DNA from: Lophium mytilinum
Lineage: Eukaryota
Reading direction: 5' to 3'
Assembly: GCA_010093605.1 (NCBI GenBank)
Contig: MU004198.1
Span: 64,726 to 128,725 of the forward strand
Length of the DNA stretch: 64,000 bases
Part shown: piece by piece, positions 62,592 to 64,000 of the stretch
Layout of the letters: every line of letters starts with the position of its first letter
Position numbering within the stretch: position 1 is the first letter of the stretch
Notes under the pieces: generated by a model
Databases searched by the model: none
What the model was told of the DNA's origin: nothing
What the model saw: the letters and a program-made list of their open reading frames with translations, nothing else
Program-made: the position numbers and the translations under genes

Positions 62592-63652
62592 GTCTTATTG
62601 GCCAACCCTCCCGAATCTCATCACGGTGAGACGACGTCGAATGCCTATCACTACGCTATGGCTATTATACCATAGCCAGAGGCTGAAGTCTTTCAAGTTC
62701 CCAGAAAGATGCCACGCCGTCTCTAGAGCTAGGATCTAACTCCGACTTGGATTCTCATGATCTCATCTGGTATCGATATCGACTCGACAAACTCGCCACC
62801 TTATATCTGCGATCGACTCATCACCACGATCGATTTACCAGACCGCGACTCCACGAAGGCATACCTCATATACCCCAGCTCAGCTCCCTCTTACGCCTGA
62901 CCTTCTCACTCACATAATCTACACGCAAACGAAAAGCCCTTCGAACTAGAACATTGGGGTTCGATAGCTGGCTCACTTGACCCGCGTATCAACGATCTCG
63001 ACTTTTCGATCTCGCCTGATAATCTACTCTGCGATACACCCTACTAGTTTCTTCTAGTTCTTTCCTTTCTACTACACCTGTACGCAGATCATATTCCACG
63101 CAACCTTCACGAGTTTACGAGAATTTTCTCATAATCTCAGGGGCTTTCCTGGAGTGAAAACGTTTCATTTTAAGGTGGTAAAAGGGAACGTCCAGAACAC
63201 CTTCCCTCCCATGCACAGATCTTTGTTTATTCTATCTTCTCTTCAAAATATTTCTACAGTTGATAACAAGACTAAGACAGCCCATACCCCTCTCATGCAT
63301 CCTAACCTCACTGCTTCTTGAGGTCTCCCGATATGTTTCTAGGACTCCACACAAAGGCGACAGCATCCTTGTCTGTGTAAATCCGTTGACTACCATGCGA
63401 GGTCTTCTAATATACTCTGAAACCCGGGGCCACAACTCCAAGTAATGTATATATTTTAAGTCTCCGAAGCTGACTTGTGGGCTGCCCTTTTCATTGCACC
63501 GCCGGTGTCGATGAGCTGGCCGTATTGAGCCCAAGCTTGTCGAGCAGCCGCAATGTGACATGCACACAGGCAACGGAACCACCTACATACCGGTTCGAAA
63601 GTGAGTTTCTTATGAAGCGATCCACCCCACACATCAGCGATATGTTCTTTGC

Positions 63653-64000
63653 CTAAGCCCTGTATTCGCTTTCCCGGGCTGCCGCGGTCCACTCGTACGC
63701 ACATTTACAGTCCTTTCTGCGGCACCCGACCCAGCAGAGCGCCTTGATTTCGACAATAACTAAATGTGGAAAAAACCATGCCAAGATGCACACAAATAAT
63801 GCCATACTAGGCTCGACATCGTCTTCGCTTCGCTGTCCTTGTCGAGAGCTCAGCTCTATACCGAATATTTCAAAGACGACTGCCATAGTGATAAACATTG
63901 CGATAAGCGGGGTGAAGGTTTTCAACATCAAGAAGTATGGCCCGCAAGTACCCCAGAACCTCCGTTTTCCGGGTGATTGCTACCAGCTAAATTAGCCTAG
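63653..64000 (-). CDS. 3' exon of a membrane-protein paralog of 39418-40376 (runs off the window)
   Basis: RFWGTCGPYFLMLK...PSMALFVCILAW...IKALC..C..KDCKCAYEW aligns with KFWRVFGPYLFAMK...PSVALILCFGAW...IKGRC..C..KDCDCAYGW. Confidence 0.65.

Overview
Eukaryotic DNA from a filamentous ascomycete (Pezizomycotina-type GT-AG introns with CTRAC branch points). Three zones. (1) About 0.7-11.9 kb is an accessory island bracketed by a degenerate direct repeat. It holds orphan ORFs, two small MITEs and several pseudogenes whose stops look like RIP mutations (CAG>TAG, CAA>TAA). (2) About 12-58 kb is a mostly ordinary gene-dense stretch: ASE1, copper amine oxidase, CE4 deacetylase, NCS1 permease, MFS transporter, HET-domain protein, Gfo/Idh/MocA oxidoreductase, GCV3, MRP17, two RING proteins, URB2, MIC10, U1-70K, MRPL51 and TPI1. 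(3) 59.2-62.6 kb is the best candidate for an undescribed system. A predicted single-pass type II membrane protein carries one HET-s-like amyloid motif on its cytoplasmic side, and it sits directly upstream of a SesA/HeLo-like protein that ends in two matching amyloid pseudo-repeats. This is the layout of fungal NLR-amyloid cell-death pairs, but with a surface receptor in place of the NLR. A second notable signal is a cluster of seven G|GTAAG 5' splice-site motifs downstream of the U1-70K stop codon. All product calls come from motif recognition by eye; no database searches were run.
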